Source: the human T2T-CHM13v2.0 reference genome, Homo sapiens. From it: a stretch of DNA of 64,000 bases. The stretch is from the NCBI RefSeq assembly GCF_009914755.1, contig NC_060948.1; one strand, written 5' to 3'. The notes beneath the pieces were generated by a model. It had not been told where the DNA came from and did no database searches. It saw only the letters and a list, made by a program, of their open reading frames with translations. Position numbers and translations under genes: made by a program. Below, piece after piece: positions 16,513-28,256 of this stretch (within the stretch, counting starts at the first letter, position 1; each line of letters begins with the position of its first letter).

Positions 16513-17055
16513 TCCACTTTTTAGCTATTGCAAAACATACAAAAAAAAATACTAACTATAATCATTCTATTGTGCTTCCCAATACTAGATACTATTCATT
16601 CCACCTAAACGTATTTTTTGTACTTATTAACCATCCCCACTTTATGCCCCATTGTTCTCTACACTTCCTAGCCTCTGGTAACCGTCATTTTCCTTTATAT
16701 GTCCATGACTTTAATTTTTTGACAGTTTTACCTCCCACATATTAAGGAGAACATGGAAAATTTGTCTGTCTAGCCTATGTTCTTTCACCTAACATAATGA
16801 TCTCCATCTCTATCCTTGTTGGTGTGAATGACAGGATTCCATTGTTGGATACGCAGGTTGTTTCTAAATTTTGGCTATTGCAAATAGAGATGCAATAAAC
16901 ATAGGAGACAGATATCCTTTCTATATACTAATTTTCTTTCTTTTGGATGAATAACCAGTATTGGGATGGCTGGATCATAGGGTAGCTCTGTTTTTAGGTT
17001 TATGGGGAAACTCCATACTCTTCTCTGTAATGACTACACTAATTTACATTCTACC
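16513..17055 (-). mobile_element. L1MA 3' region, second part
   Basis: cacttcctagcctctggtaaccgtcatt...cccacatattaaggagaacatg...ggctattgcaaatagagatgcaataaacataggag...ggatcatagggtagctct is L1M 3'UTR/ORF2-end-like. Confidence 0.8.
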
Positions 17056-17424
17056 GTGGAAAGTTTTAGGTTATATTGATATTGACATTTATTTTAAGAG
17101 AGTTAATTAGTTAATTAAATTTTAAGGTTGCTGCACAGAGATGAGCAGCTGGCATGGAATATTAGCCACAATCATCACAATCATCTCAACCTTATTATTC
17201 TCCTTCCTCTCTTTCTCCGTGTTTTTGGGAAGAGGTGATGATCTAGAGATTCTGAAGCATGGTAACATCACATAGATATTGTTTGCTTATTAGTTCTTCT
17301 GACACCTGCTCTTCAATGGAATGAGGTTGAGAGGGTAAAAAGGAAATATAATGTAGACACATTTCCCTTTTTTAAAAATGTGACTTAGATTGATGAGAGG
17401 GCGGGGTAAACTTTTTCCTATTAA

Positions 17425-17773
17425 AGCAAATGTTTACTAGGGTGTCGTAACAAAGTACCACACGCTGAACGTGGTTAAAAAGTAGAACTGTATTATCTCA
17501 AAGTTCTGAGGAACTTCTGGAGTTCTGACCAAAAGTCCAATATCCAGGTGTCTGCAGGACTGAGGGCTTTGAGCAAGAATCCCTCCCAAGTCTTTTTTTC
17601 TTTATTTTTTTTTTTATTTTTTTAATGTCAGGCATTTGGCTGACAATCTCTGGCATTGCTTGCCTTTTAGACACATCACCTGGATTTTTGCTTTTATTCA
17701 CATATGTTCTTCCCTCTCTGCACATGTTGGTGTCCAAATCTCCTATTTTTATAAGGACTCTAGTAATATTGCA
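17425..17773. mobile_element. MLT1 (MLT1C-like) LTR, left part, split by the ERV9-like provirus
   Basis: gtaacaaagtaccaca...aagtccaatatccaggtgtc...gtgtccaaatctcctatttttataaggac; continues at 27148. Confidence 0.75.
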
Positions 17774-18288
17774 TGGTGAGGCCAGCTAGACTTCCTGCAT
17801 TAAGTGGGGACTTGGGGAAATTTCCTGTCTGACAAGAGGACTGTAAAATGCACCAATCAGGAACTTTCCTGTGTTAAAAGAGGATTGTAAAATGCACCAA
17901 TCAGTGCTCTGTAAAATGCACCAAATAGCACTCCAAAAAACGCACCAGTCAGCACTCTGTAAAACGCACCCATCAGCAAGATTCTAAAAGTAGCCCATCA
18001 CGGGGAGGATTGTAAAAAGGGCACTCTGATAGGACAGAAATTAAACATGGGCAGGGAAAATAAGGGAATAAAAGATGGCCACCCCTGCCAGCAGCAGCAA
18101 CCTGCTCAAGTCCCCTTCCAAGCTCTGGAAGATTTGCCCTTTCGCTTTTCACATTAAACCTTGCTACTACTCACTCTTTGGGTCTGTGCCATCTTTAACA
18201 GCTGTAACACTCACCACGAAGGTCTGCAGCTCCATTCTTGAGGTCAGCAATATCACGAACCTACCAGCAGAAACCAGCTCCCCACACA
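17774..18288 (+). mobile_element. LTR12-family (LTR12F-like) 5' LTR
   Basis: ggtgaggccagctagacttcctg...; tandem (tgtaaaatgcaccaatcag)-type CCAAT units; aataaaag TATA-like element; attaaa poly(A) signal; ends in cacaca; homologous to 26740-27147. Confidence 0.9.
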
Positions 18289-18291
18289 TCT

Positions 18292-18309
18292 TGGGGACTT
18301 GTCTGGGAT
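18292..18309 (+). promoter_or_regulatory. Primer binding site, tRNA-Pro type
   Basis: tggggacttgtctgggat versus the canonical Pro PBS TGGGGGCTCGTCCGGGAT: 15/18, with two mismatches being CpG-decay transitions; located 3 nt after the LTR end. Confidence 0.8.
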
Positions 18310-18425
18310 ATTGCCACGTGGTGAGTACCATCAGACCCTTTTAGCTTGCTATTCTGTCCAATTTTTTCTTAGAATTCAGGGGCTAAACACCAGGCACCTG
18401 TCAGCTAGTTAAAAGTGACTAGTGC

Positions 18426-18867
<442 letters not shown>

Positions 18868-19490
18868 TCAACAGAGAGGAAAGCCATTCAGCTCTGGGTT
18901 CCCGACAAAAACTTGATTGACCCTGCAGCCATGAATGGAACTCTCAAAGTTACTTTGCCCAAGCAAGACTCACCCTTCTATCCTATCTATCCTAACCCTT
19001 GCCTCCTGAGTCCTAATGCCTGTCAGACAAACTTCTTCTCACCTCTCTTCTCTGAGACTAGTTCTGCTTCTAAAAACTACTCCCAATCCCTGGTGCTCAT
19101 CTAGTTTCTCCTATAACGATGATTTCTAATATAAATTTCAGGACTGTTCCATTCCTTAGGCACCCGAGCTCACCAATCAGAAAGACACAATTTTTGCCTG
19201 AAGCCCCATCATGAGGGGACTATCTGGAATTTTAGGATCCCTCCTAAGACTAGGAGGCCTAACAAAGGCTGTTCCTGAAGCTAGGATATGGGGAGCCTGA
19301 GAAACTATAGACTCCAAAATTAGGGGGATATTCATATAGTGAGAAGTGAGAATAAAAGACATCACTCTTCCAACCCTGGAGATCACTTCCCTCCCTCAGG
19401 GTATGGCCCTTCACTATATTTTGAGGCATATCATCTTTATAGGACAAGGGTAAGTTCCCAATACTAAGAGGAGAATGCTTCAGATTCTAA

Positions 19491-19650
19491 CAGGTTTTCA
19501 AGAATGCATCAGTAAGGGTCACTAAGTCTGATTTTTCTTGGTCTTCTTTGTGGTCTAAGAGGAAAGGCAAGGGTGCAGGTTTTTGAGAATGTGTCAGTAA
19601 GGGCCACTAAATCTGAACTTCCTCAGTCCTTTTTGTGATCTAGGAGGAAA
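19491..19650 (+). repeat. Two-copy repeat (about 85-bp period) in the proviral leader
   Basis: caggtttt.aagaatg..tcagtaaggg.cactaa.tctga...tcta.gaggaaa at 19491-19565 and 19576-19650. Confidence 0.85.
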
Positions 19651-19765
19651 ACTAATATTTCTGCTGCTGCTTCAGTGAGTGCAACTATTCCGATCAGCAG
19701 GGTCCAGGGGCCATTGAGGGTTGTTGGGCAGGGGAAAAAAAAATATGGGTGTTTTTTTGTTTCAG

Positions 19766-21221
19766 ATGGGAAACACTCAGGCATCAACAAGCTCAAACTT
19801 GAAATGTATCCTAAGCCATCAGGACCAATTTGACCTGCAAACCCTAAAAAGAAGCAGCTTATTTTTTTCTGCACTATGGCCTGGCCTCAATATTCTCTCT
19901 CTGATGGGGAAAAATGGGCCACTTGAGGGAAGTAAAAATTACAATACTATCCTGTAGCTTGACTTTTTCTGTAAGAGGGAAGGCAAATGGAGTGAAAAAC
20001 TTATGTCCAAGCTTTCTTTTCTTTGAAGGATAATCCATAACTATGCAAAGTTTGCAATCTACATTCAACAGGAGGAACTCTCAGCTTACCTCCATATTGT
20101 AGCCTCCCTAACAGCTCCCCTTCCTATTAATGATAAGCCTCCTCTAATCTCCCCCACACAGAAGGAAACAAGCAAAGAAATCTCCATGGTACCACAAAAC
20201 CTCCTGGGCTATGTGTTATGCCCCTTTCAAACTGTAGCAGGAGGGGAATTTGGCCCACCTGAGTACATGCCCCTTCTATCTCTCTGATTTAAGCAAATCA
20301 AGGTAGACCTTGGAAAGTTTTCAGATGATCCTGATAGGTATATTGATTTGCTTCTGTGTCTAGGGCAAACCTTCAACCTCACTTGGAGAGATGTCCTGCT
20401 GTTGTTAGATCAAACCCTGGCCTTTGAGGAAGAGAATGTGGCTTTAGCTGCATCCCAAGAGTTTGGAGATACCCGGTATCTCAATCAAGTAAGTGATCGA
20501 ATGACAGCTGAAGAAAGGAACAAATTCCCTACCAGCCAGCAAGCCATCCCCAGTATAAATCCCCACTGGGACATCAACTCAGATCATGGGGACTGGAGTG
20601 GAAACATCTGTTGACCTGTGTTCTAGAAGGACTAAGGAGAATTAGGAAAAAGCTCATGAATTATTCAGTGATGTTCACCATAACTCAGGGAAACGATGAA
20701 AATCCTACTACCTTCCTTGAGCTGCTATGGGAAGCCATAAGATAATATACTCCTTGTCACCTGACTCTCTCATGGGTCAATTGATCCTCAAAGATAAGTT
20801 TATTACCCAATCAGCCAAAGATGTCAGGAGAAAGCTCCAAAAGCGAGCCCTGGGCCCGGAATGAAATTTGGAGGCATTATTAAACCTGGCAACTTTGGTT
20901 TTCTGTTATAGGGAGCAAGAGGAACAGGCTGAAAAGGAAAAATGAGATAAGAGAAAGGCCACAGCCTTAGTCATGGCCCTTAGACAAACAAACCTTGATG
21001 GTTCAGAGAGGACAGAAAATGAAGCAGGCCAATCACCCAGTTGGGCTTCTTATCAGTGGGGTTTGCAAGGACACCTTATAAAAGATTGTCCAATGAGACA
21101 CAAGCCACCCCCTCGCCCATGCCCAGTATACTGAGGCAATCACTGGAAGCCACACTGCCCCAGAGGACAGAGGTTCTCTGGGCAAGAAGCCCTAAAACAG
21201 ATGATCCAATAACAAGACTGA
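19766..21221 (+). pseudogene. ERV gag remnant
   Basis: Starts MGNTQAS (myristoylation-type); LGQTFNLTWRDVLLLLDQTL capsid segment; two degenerate Zn knuckles (~21050-21160); gag stop tga at 21219; many stops and frameshifts. Confidence 0.9.
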
Positions 21222-24200
21222 GGGTGCCAGGGCAAGCGCCAGCTCACATCATCACCATTATTGAGCCCTAGGTAACTTTAATTATTCAGGGCCTGGAAAT
21301 TGACTTCCTCTTGGACACTGGTGTGGCCTTATCTGTTAAGCTCCTACCTGGGACAGCTGTCCTCAAGGTCCATTGCCATCTGAGAAATCCTGGGACAGCC
21401 TAAAACTAGGATTTCTCCCATCTCAGTTGTAACTGGGAGACTTTGCCCTTTTCACATTCCTTTGTTTTCATGTCTGAAGGTCTCACACCCTTATTAGGGA
21501 GGGACATGTTAGCCAAACCTGAAGCTATTATCTACATGAATATGGTGAACAAGTTACCCATTTGTTTCCCCCTACTAGAAAAGGGAATCAACCCTGACGT
21601 CTGGGCATTGGAAGGACAGTTTGGAAGGGTAAAAGATGCCTGCCCAGTCCAAATCAGCCTGAAAGACTCCATCACTTTTGCTTCTCAAAGGCAATATCCC
21701 TTAAGGTCTGAATCTCATAAAGGATTACAGGATATCGTTAGACATTTAAAAGTTCAAGGTTTAGTAAGAAAATGCAGCACTCCCTGAAACACCCCACTTC
21801 TAGAAGCACAAAAACCAAATGGTCAGTGGAGTCTGGTGTAAGATCTTAGACTCATCAGTGAGGCAACAATTCCCTTATATTCATTTATACTAGTTGTACC
21901 CTATACCTTGCTCTCTCAAATGTGAGAGGAAGCAGAATGGTTCACTGTTCAGCATCTCAAGGATGCCTTCTTCATTACCCTGCACTCTGACTCCCAGTTT
22001 CTCTTTGCCTTTGAGAATCCCACAGACCACATATTCTAACATACATGGGCAGTCTTGCGTCAAGGGTTTAGGGATAGCTCTTATCTGTTTGGTTAGGCAC
22101 TGGCCCAAGATCTAGGTCACTTCTCAAGTCTAGGCACTCTGGTCCTTCAGCATATGGATGATTTACTTTTGGCTACCAGTTTGGAGGCCTTATGCCAGTG
22201 GCTACTCTAGATCTCTTGAACATTTTAGCTAATCAAGAGTACAAGATGTTTAAATTTAAGGCCCCACTCTGCCTACAACAAGTCAAATATCTACACCTAA
22301 TCTTAGCCAGAGGAACCAGGCCCCTCAGCAAGGAACAAACAGAGCATATGCTGGCTTGTCCTCCCCATAAGATATTAAAACGGCTGTGGGGGTTCCTTGG
22401 AATCACCAGCTTTTTCCAACTATAGATCCCTGGATACAGCAAGATGCCAGGCCCCTGTATATTCTAATCATGGAGAGCCAAACACAAATACTCATGTAGT
22501 TAAATGGGAACCAGAGGCAGAAACAGCCTTCAAAACCTTAAAGCAGGCCCTAGTACAAGCTCCAGACTTAAGCCTTCCCGTAGGACAAAACTTCTCTTTA
22601 TGTATCACAGAAAGAGCAGGAATAGTTCTTGGAGTCCTTATTCAGACTCGTGTGACAACCCCACAACCAGTGGCATACCTAAGTAAGGAAATTCACATAC
22701 TAGCTAAAGGCTGGTCTCACTGTTTATGAGTAGTTGCAGTAGTGGCTCTCTTAGTGTCAGAGACTGTCAAAACAATACAAGGAAAATTTCTCACTGTCTG
22801 GAGTACTCATGATGTAAATGGCATACTAAGTGCCCTAGGAAATTTATGGCTATCAGACAACAAGCTGTTTAGATACCTTAGCTAATCCTGACCTTAACCT
22901 ATAAAATGATTAAAGTTCATTTTGGGAGAATGGGATATGAAGGGAAGGTTATTCCATAGTTAGTGATGTTACAGTACTTGAAAGTAAGCCTGTTCACCCA
23001 GGGACCAGCACCCAGCTAACAGAACTAGTGATACTTACTCCAGACTTAGAACTGGGAAAGGAAAAAAAATAATAATAAATGTGTATACAGATAGTAGGTA
23101 TGCTTATCTAATCCTACATGCCCATGCTGCAACATGCAAAAAAGGGAGTTCCTAATCTCTGGGTGAAACCCCATTAAATACCACAAGAAAATAATGGAGT
23201 TATTGCATGCAGTGCAAAAACCCAAGGAGGTGGCCGTCTTATACTGCTGAAGCCATCAAAAAGGTGAAGGAGAAAAGGTAGAAGGAAACTATCAGGCCGA
23301 CACTGAAGCCAAAATTGCTGCCAGGTGGAACCTCCCATTAGAAGTATTTATGGAAGGACCCTTGATATGAAACAACCCTCTCCAAGAGATTAAGCCCAAG
23401 TAATCCTCGACTGAAACATAATGGGGAATTACACAGGGCATAGTTTTCTCCCCTTGTGGTGGTTAATGACAGAAGAGGGAAAATTACTCATACTCAAAGC
23501 CAGCCAGTGGAAAATACTTAAGACCCTCCACCAAACTTTTCATATGGGTATGGAGGACACTCATCCAATGGCCAAATCCCTATTTACTGGGCCAAATCTC
23601 CTCTGGACCATTCGACAAGTAGTCAAAGACTGTGGGGTGTGCCAAAGGAATAATTTCTTTGTCCATCATAAGGCACCTCTGGGGGAACAAATAATAGGGC
23701 ACTATCCTGGAGAGGACTAGTAGTTAGACTTCACCCATATGCCTAAGTCAAGATGATTTCAATACTTGTTGGTCTGTGATGATAGCTTTACAAATTGGAT
23801 AGAAGCCTTCCCCTGCAAGTCAGATATTGCTCAGTAAGTTGTTAAAGTCATAAGTCATAAAATCATTCCTAGATTTGGGCTTCCCCAAAGTTTACAAAGT
23901 GACAATCATCTGGCTTTTAAAGCCACAGAAACTCAGAGAATTTCCAGGGTGCTAGGGATACAATATCACCTTCACTGCACCTGGAGGCCACAATCCTCAG
24001 GGATGGTCAAGAAGGCAAATGATACACTCAAGAGGCACTTAAGGAAACTAACACAGGAAATTCATCTCCCATGGCCTACTCTCTTGCCCATGGCCTTGTT
24101 AGAATCTGGAATTCTCCTCACAAAGTGAGGCTTAGTCCATATGAAACACTGTAGGGATGACCTTTTCTGTAGGGATGACCTTTTCTCACAAATGACCTCC

Positions 24201-24641
24201 CACTTGATCAGGAAACAGCCAGATTGGTCAAATATATAACTTCATTTGCAAGACATCAACAAAACCTTAAAAACCTACCCAAAGGATGTCACAGAGAAAA
24301 GGGAACAGAGTTGTTCCAACTGGGAGATCTAGTTTTGATCAAGTACCTCCCCTCTACCATCTCCATCTATGGTTTCTTGGTGGGAAGGACCATACACAGC
24401 AACCCTCACTACCCCCACTGCCGTTAAGCTGGCAGAGTGTACTCTTGGATTCACCACACCAGAGTTAAACTTTGGACACCCCCTGAGGAACCTGTGGGAC
24501 CATCAGCTCAGGAGTCCCAAGATCAGCCAGACCAGCCTCCATACACCATTGGAAGACTTGCATCTCCTATTTCATAAGGAAACATCCCAGACCAAAAAGG
24601 CTCCTACAGCTGATCCTGAGAAAAAAACCTTTCCTACTTAA
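21222..24641 (+). pseudogene. ERV pro-pol remnant
   Basis: Protease FLLDTG (~21305); RT VLRQGFRDS and QHMDDLL (22148-22168, catalytic Y lost); RNase H YTDS; integrase HHCC (LHQTFH...CGVC), LDFTHMP, QSDN; disrupted. Confidence 0.92.
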
Positions 24642-24697
24642 AATAAATAGATGAGTGAAAACCTACATAATCTTTACCACCTCTCCTTGCCCCTTTA

Positions 24698-24859
24698 ATG
24701 AAATCGTTTTACTGTTTCATCACATTATTAAGCAGCATACTAACCATGCTCTTTGCAGTAAGACTATATAAAGTAGCTCCTTCTGGGATGAAAATCCTAA
24801 TCACATCAACCTTTTTTCTATCATCCTTCCTTCTGATAGCAATTTACTCCTACCTTTAA
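24698..24859 (+). CDS. Hypothetical 53-aa hydrophobic microprotein ORF in the pol-env gap
   Basis: Manual translation: MKSFYCFITLLSSILTMLFAVRLYKVAPSGMKILITSTFFLSSFLLIAIYSYL*. Two hydrophobic runs with a basic linker; ends 15 nt before the env ATG. No evidence of expression. Confidence 0.35.
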   Translation: MKSFYCFITLLSSILTMLFAVRLYKVAPSGMKILITSTFFLSSFLLIAIYSYL

Positions 24860-24874
24860 CTCAGACTAGATAAA

Positions 24875-26680
24875 ATGATCTCATCTTACAGGGAACACTC
24901 TTTGTCTTTCTACTTAGTCTTTGCGTATCTATCCCTCCTTTTTCCTTGGATACCCAACACAGTCTCCTCTCCCCTTCCACTACCTCCTAATTATCTCTAC
25001 AAGACTCTCAACTTAATCCACTCTCTGTTAAACCAATTAAATCCTTCCCTGGCAAATGACTGTTGGCTTTGTATCCCTCTATGAACCACTGTTTATGTTG
25101 CCACTCCCATTCCTGCAAAAAATTGTGTCTCTATTAACTTAATCTACCACACTACCACCCCCATTATGAAGGAAAATATCTTCTAAATCTGCAATCATTA
25201 GCCAACTTCCCTGTCTCTGATAGGACCAAAACTACTCTAAAAGGATGTGCTATCCAGCTTTTAAGTTCCTACCTTTCCTACCTCACCTATTACACAAGCA
25301 ATGAGAAGCCCATACATGGCCCTGTAACCATGTAAACATGTTAACTTTCCAAGCCCACTTATGCATCCAACACAACCTGTTACCAGGCCTGCCCCTAAGG
25401 AACCTAATATCCCATCAGTGTAATTACAGCCTACAACTTCAAGCCACAATTGATACTGTAATTTATTCTCACCCAAACAGCTCCATTCAGAGAGTTTGTC
25501 TGCTTCTCAGGGCCCCCAGAAATCATCACCTCCTCCCTGCTTATGAAGAGTCTGAGTTTTGTAATGGCAAACATACTCCCTCCAAGACCATTCACCCCTG
25601 GACACCCTGCAACAGCGCCCCTACCGCAAGTGAATGCCTTCTTATCCCCTCTTTAAATTACTGTCTTTAATGGTTCCTAGTAGATACAAAATGGTTTTTT
25701 TCTCCAATGGGAAAACAGAACACAGGGAACCACTCAGTTTGTTCCCAACACCCCTTTCCACCTACTCACTGGAGCTACCTTGGCAAGTACTCTAGGTGTA
25801 TGGGAAAATGAAAACAACAAACTCACACACCTTTTTAACATACACAACCAGTTCTGTCTACCCAGCCAAGGTATATTCTTATGTGGAACTTCAACATATA
25901 TCTGCCTGTCCACCAACTAGACAGACACCTGCACCTTAGTCTTCCTAAGTCTCAACACTGACATTGCCCCAGGAAATCAGACCCTATCAGTGCCCCTAAA
26001 AGCTCAAGTCCATCAGCATGGGACCATACAACGAATACCCCTACTTACAGGGTTGGAAATGGCCACTGTTACAGGAAGCAGAATAGCCAGTTTATCTCCT
26101 TCATTATCCTAATACCACACATTCTCAAAGGATTTCTCAGCAGTTTGCAAGAAATAGAAAAAAAAAATCTATCCTTACTCTACAATCCCAAATAGACTCT
26201 TTGGCCGCAGTGACTCTCCAAAACTGCTAAGGCTTAGACATCCTCATTGCTGTGAAAAGAGGACTCTGCACCTTCTTAGGGGAAGAGTGCTGTTTTTACA
26301 CGAGCCAGTCAGGAATAGTATGAGACACTGCCTGGCATTTACAGGAGAGGCTTCTGGAATCAGACAATGCTTTTCAAACACTTATACCAACCTCTAGAGT
26401 TGCACAAAATGGCTTCTCCCCTTTCTAGGTCCCATGACAGCCATCTTCCTATTACTCCCCTTCAGGCCCTGTATTTTTTACCTCCTTGTCAAATTTATTT
26501 TCCTCAGGATTGAGGCCATCGGATGGTCTGACAAATGGAAACCCAAATGAGCTTTACTCACAACTTCTACTGAGGAACCCTGGACTTACCCACTGGCCCT
26601 TTGACTGGCCTAGAGAGTTCCCCTCTGGAGGACACTACAACTGCAGGGCCCCTTCTTTGCCCCATCCAGCATGAAGTAGC
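24875..26680 (+). pseudogene. Gamma-type env remnant, near full length
   Basis: Signal-peptide-like N-terminus; CWLC (~25061); degenerate immunosuppressive domain LQNC*GLDIL (~26216); CX6CC LCTFLGEECCF (~26264); TM WLLPFLGP; multiple stops. Confidence 0.9.
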
Positions 26681-26739
26681 TAGAGCGATCCTCACCCAGT
26701 TTCCAACAGCAGTTGTGGTGTCCTGTTTAGAGGGGAGAT

Positions 26740-27147
26740 TGAGAGGTGAGGCCAGCTAGACTTCCTGGGTCAAGTGGGGACTTGGTGAACTTTCCTGTCT
26801 TACAAGAGGATTGTAAAATGCACCAATCAGCTCTCTGTAAAATGCACCAGTCAGCACACTTTAAAACCCACCAATCAGCAGGATTTTAATAGGACAGAAA
26901 CAGAACATGTGAGGGGGCAATAATGGAATAAAAGCTGGCCACCTCAGCCAGCAGCAGCAACCTGCTCAGGTCCCTTCCATGCGGTGGAAGCTTTTTCCTT
27001 TCACTCTTCACAATAAAGCTTGCTACTGCTCACATTTTGGTTCTGTGCCATCTTTAAGAGCTGTAACACTCACCGCGAAGGTCCGAGGCTCCATTGCTGA
27101 AGTCAGCAAGACCACCACCCCACTGGCAGGAACAAACTCTGGACCCA
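26740..27147 (+). mobile_element. LTR12-family 3' LTR
   Basis: tgagaggtgaggccagc...ggaccca; fewer CCAAT units than the 5' LTR; aataaa at ~27012. Confidence 0.9.
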
Positions 27148-27306
27148 ATATTGCACTTAGAGCGGAATCTACTTCAATATGACCTCATATTAATGAATTG
27201 TTCCTGCAATAGCCATATTTTCAAATCAAATCACATTCTGAGACAGTTAGAATTAGGATTTTCACATATGGATTTGGTGCTAGGAGACATAATTCAACCC
27301 AGAACA
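27148..27306. mobile_element. MLT1 LTR, right part
   Basis: aatatgacctcatattaatg...tcacattctgag...gacataattcaacccagaaca completes the MLT1 begun at ~17425. Confidence 0.8.
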
Positions 27307-27639
27307 GAAATCGTGAAAAATAAATGAGAATTTTGAACTGTAAGTGAATACGACTAGTGTAGAAAGATTCTACTGTAATAACTTTGCCAAGTTGGTCATA
27401 GCCTACTGCTGATTATGGTTTTGATGTTTTTGATTAACGTCTATTATTACGTCTACATGAGGAATGCAGTTTCTGTTTTGATATTACAAAATCTGGGAAT
27501 ATCAGTAAAATTTTATTTTATTCTATTTTTAATTTTAATTATATTTTTAATTGAAAAGCTATACTTATATACACTTGGGGTTACAATGTGACACGATTCT
27601 ATATGAATATAATGTGAAAGTATCCAGGAGAAGCTGAAC

Positions 27640-27948
27640 TTTTATTATTATTACTAGTAGTAGTAATACTAATATTGAGACAGGGTCTCCCTTTGTCACC
27701 CATAATGGAATGCAGTAGTACCATCTTTGCTCACTGCATCTTCTACCTTCCCAGCTGAAGTGACCCTCCCTTCTCAACTTCCCATGTAGCTGGGATCAAA
27801 AATGTTTGCCACCACACCCAGCTAATTTTTTTTTTATCATTTGTAGAGAGGAGTTCTCGTTATGTTGCCCAGGCTGGTCTTGAACTCCTGGGCTCAAGCA
27901 GTCCTCCTGCCTTGACCTACCAAATTGCTGGAATTACAAACATGAGCC
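27640..27948 (-). mobile_element. Alu (AluJ-like)
   Basis: gagacagggtctcc...ctcctgggctcaagcagtcctcctgcc; tail degenerated to TTA/TAG repeats. Confidence 0.9.
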
Positions 27949-28139
27949 AGATCAGGCATGCCTGATCTGATCTAGAATTTTAGAATCACAAATTTGATGA
28001 AGAGTTTAGAGAATAAAGATAGGAATTGAAATATAAAGATTAAAAAAAAAGCAGGTCCTGTGAGGTGTTACATGCCATTACTTTCCAATTAAATTTATGA
28101 GAAAAATTATCAAAAAGTGTATAGAAGATAAATCAATGA

Positions 28140-28256
28140 ATGAACTATGTGAGATGATGGATATGGTAATCAGCTGGGCTGTAGTAATCATGTGACTACA
28201 TATATGTATACTGAAATGCTATGATGTGTTTCTCACATAGATACAGTTTTTAAAAA
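28140..28256 (+). mobile_element. L1M 3'-end fragment
   Basis: actatgtgagatgatggatatggtaatcagctgg...gtagtaatcat resembles L1MA/MB 3' ends. Confidence 0.6.

Noticed and set aside
17830-17980. Short regularly spaced repeats resembling a CRISPR array
   Set aside because: These are LTR12 U3 CCAAT enhancer repeats in primate DNA; there are no unique spacers and no cas genes.
24651-24700. 15-codon uORF whose stop overlaps the small-ORF start (TAATG)
   Set aside because: Too short to distinguish from chance, and its ATG may be a copy-specific mutation; cannot be supported without the consensus.
24875-26680. env as a syncytin-like co-opted gene
   Set aside because: Stop at 25082, further frameshifts and stops, degenerate furin site and immunosuppressive domain.
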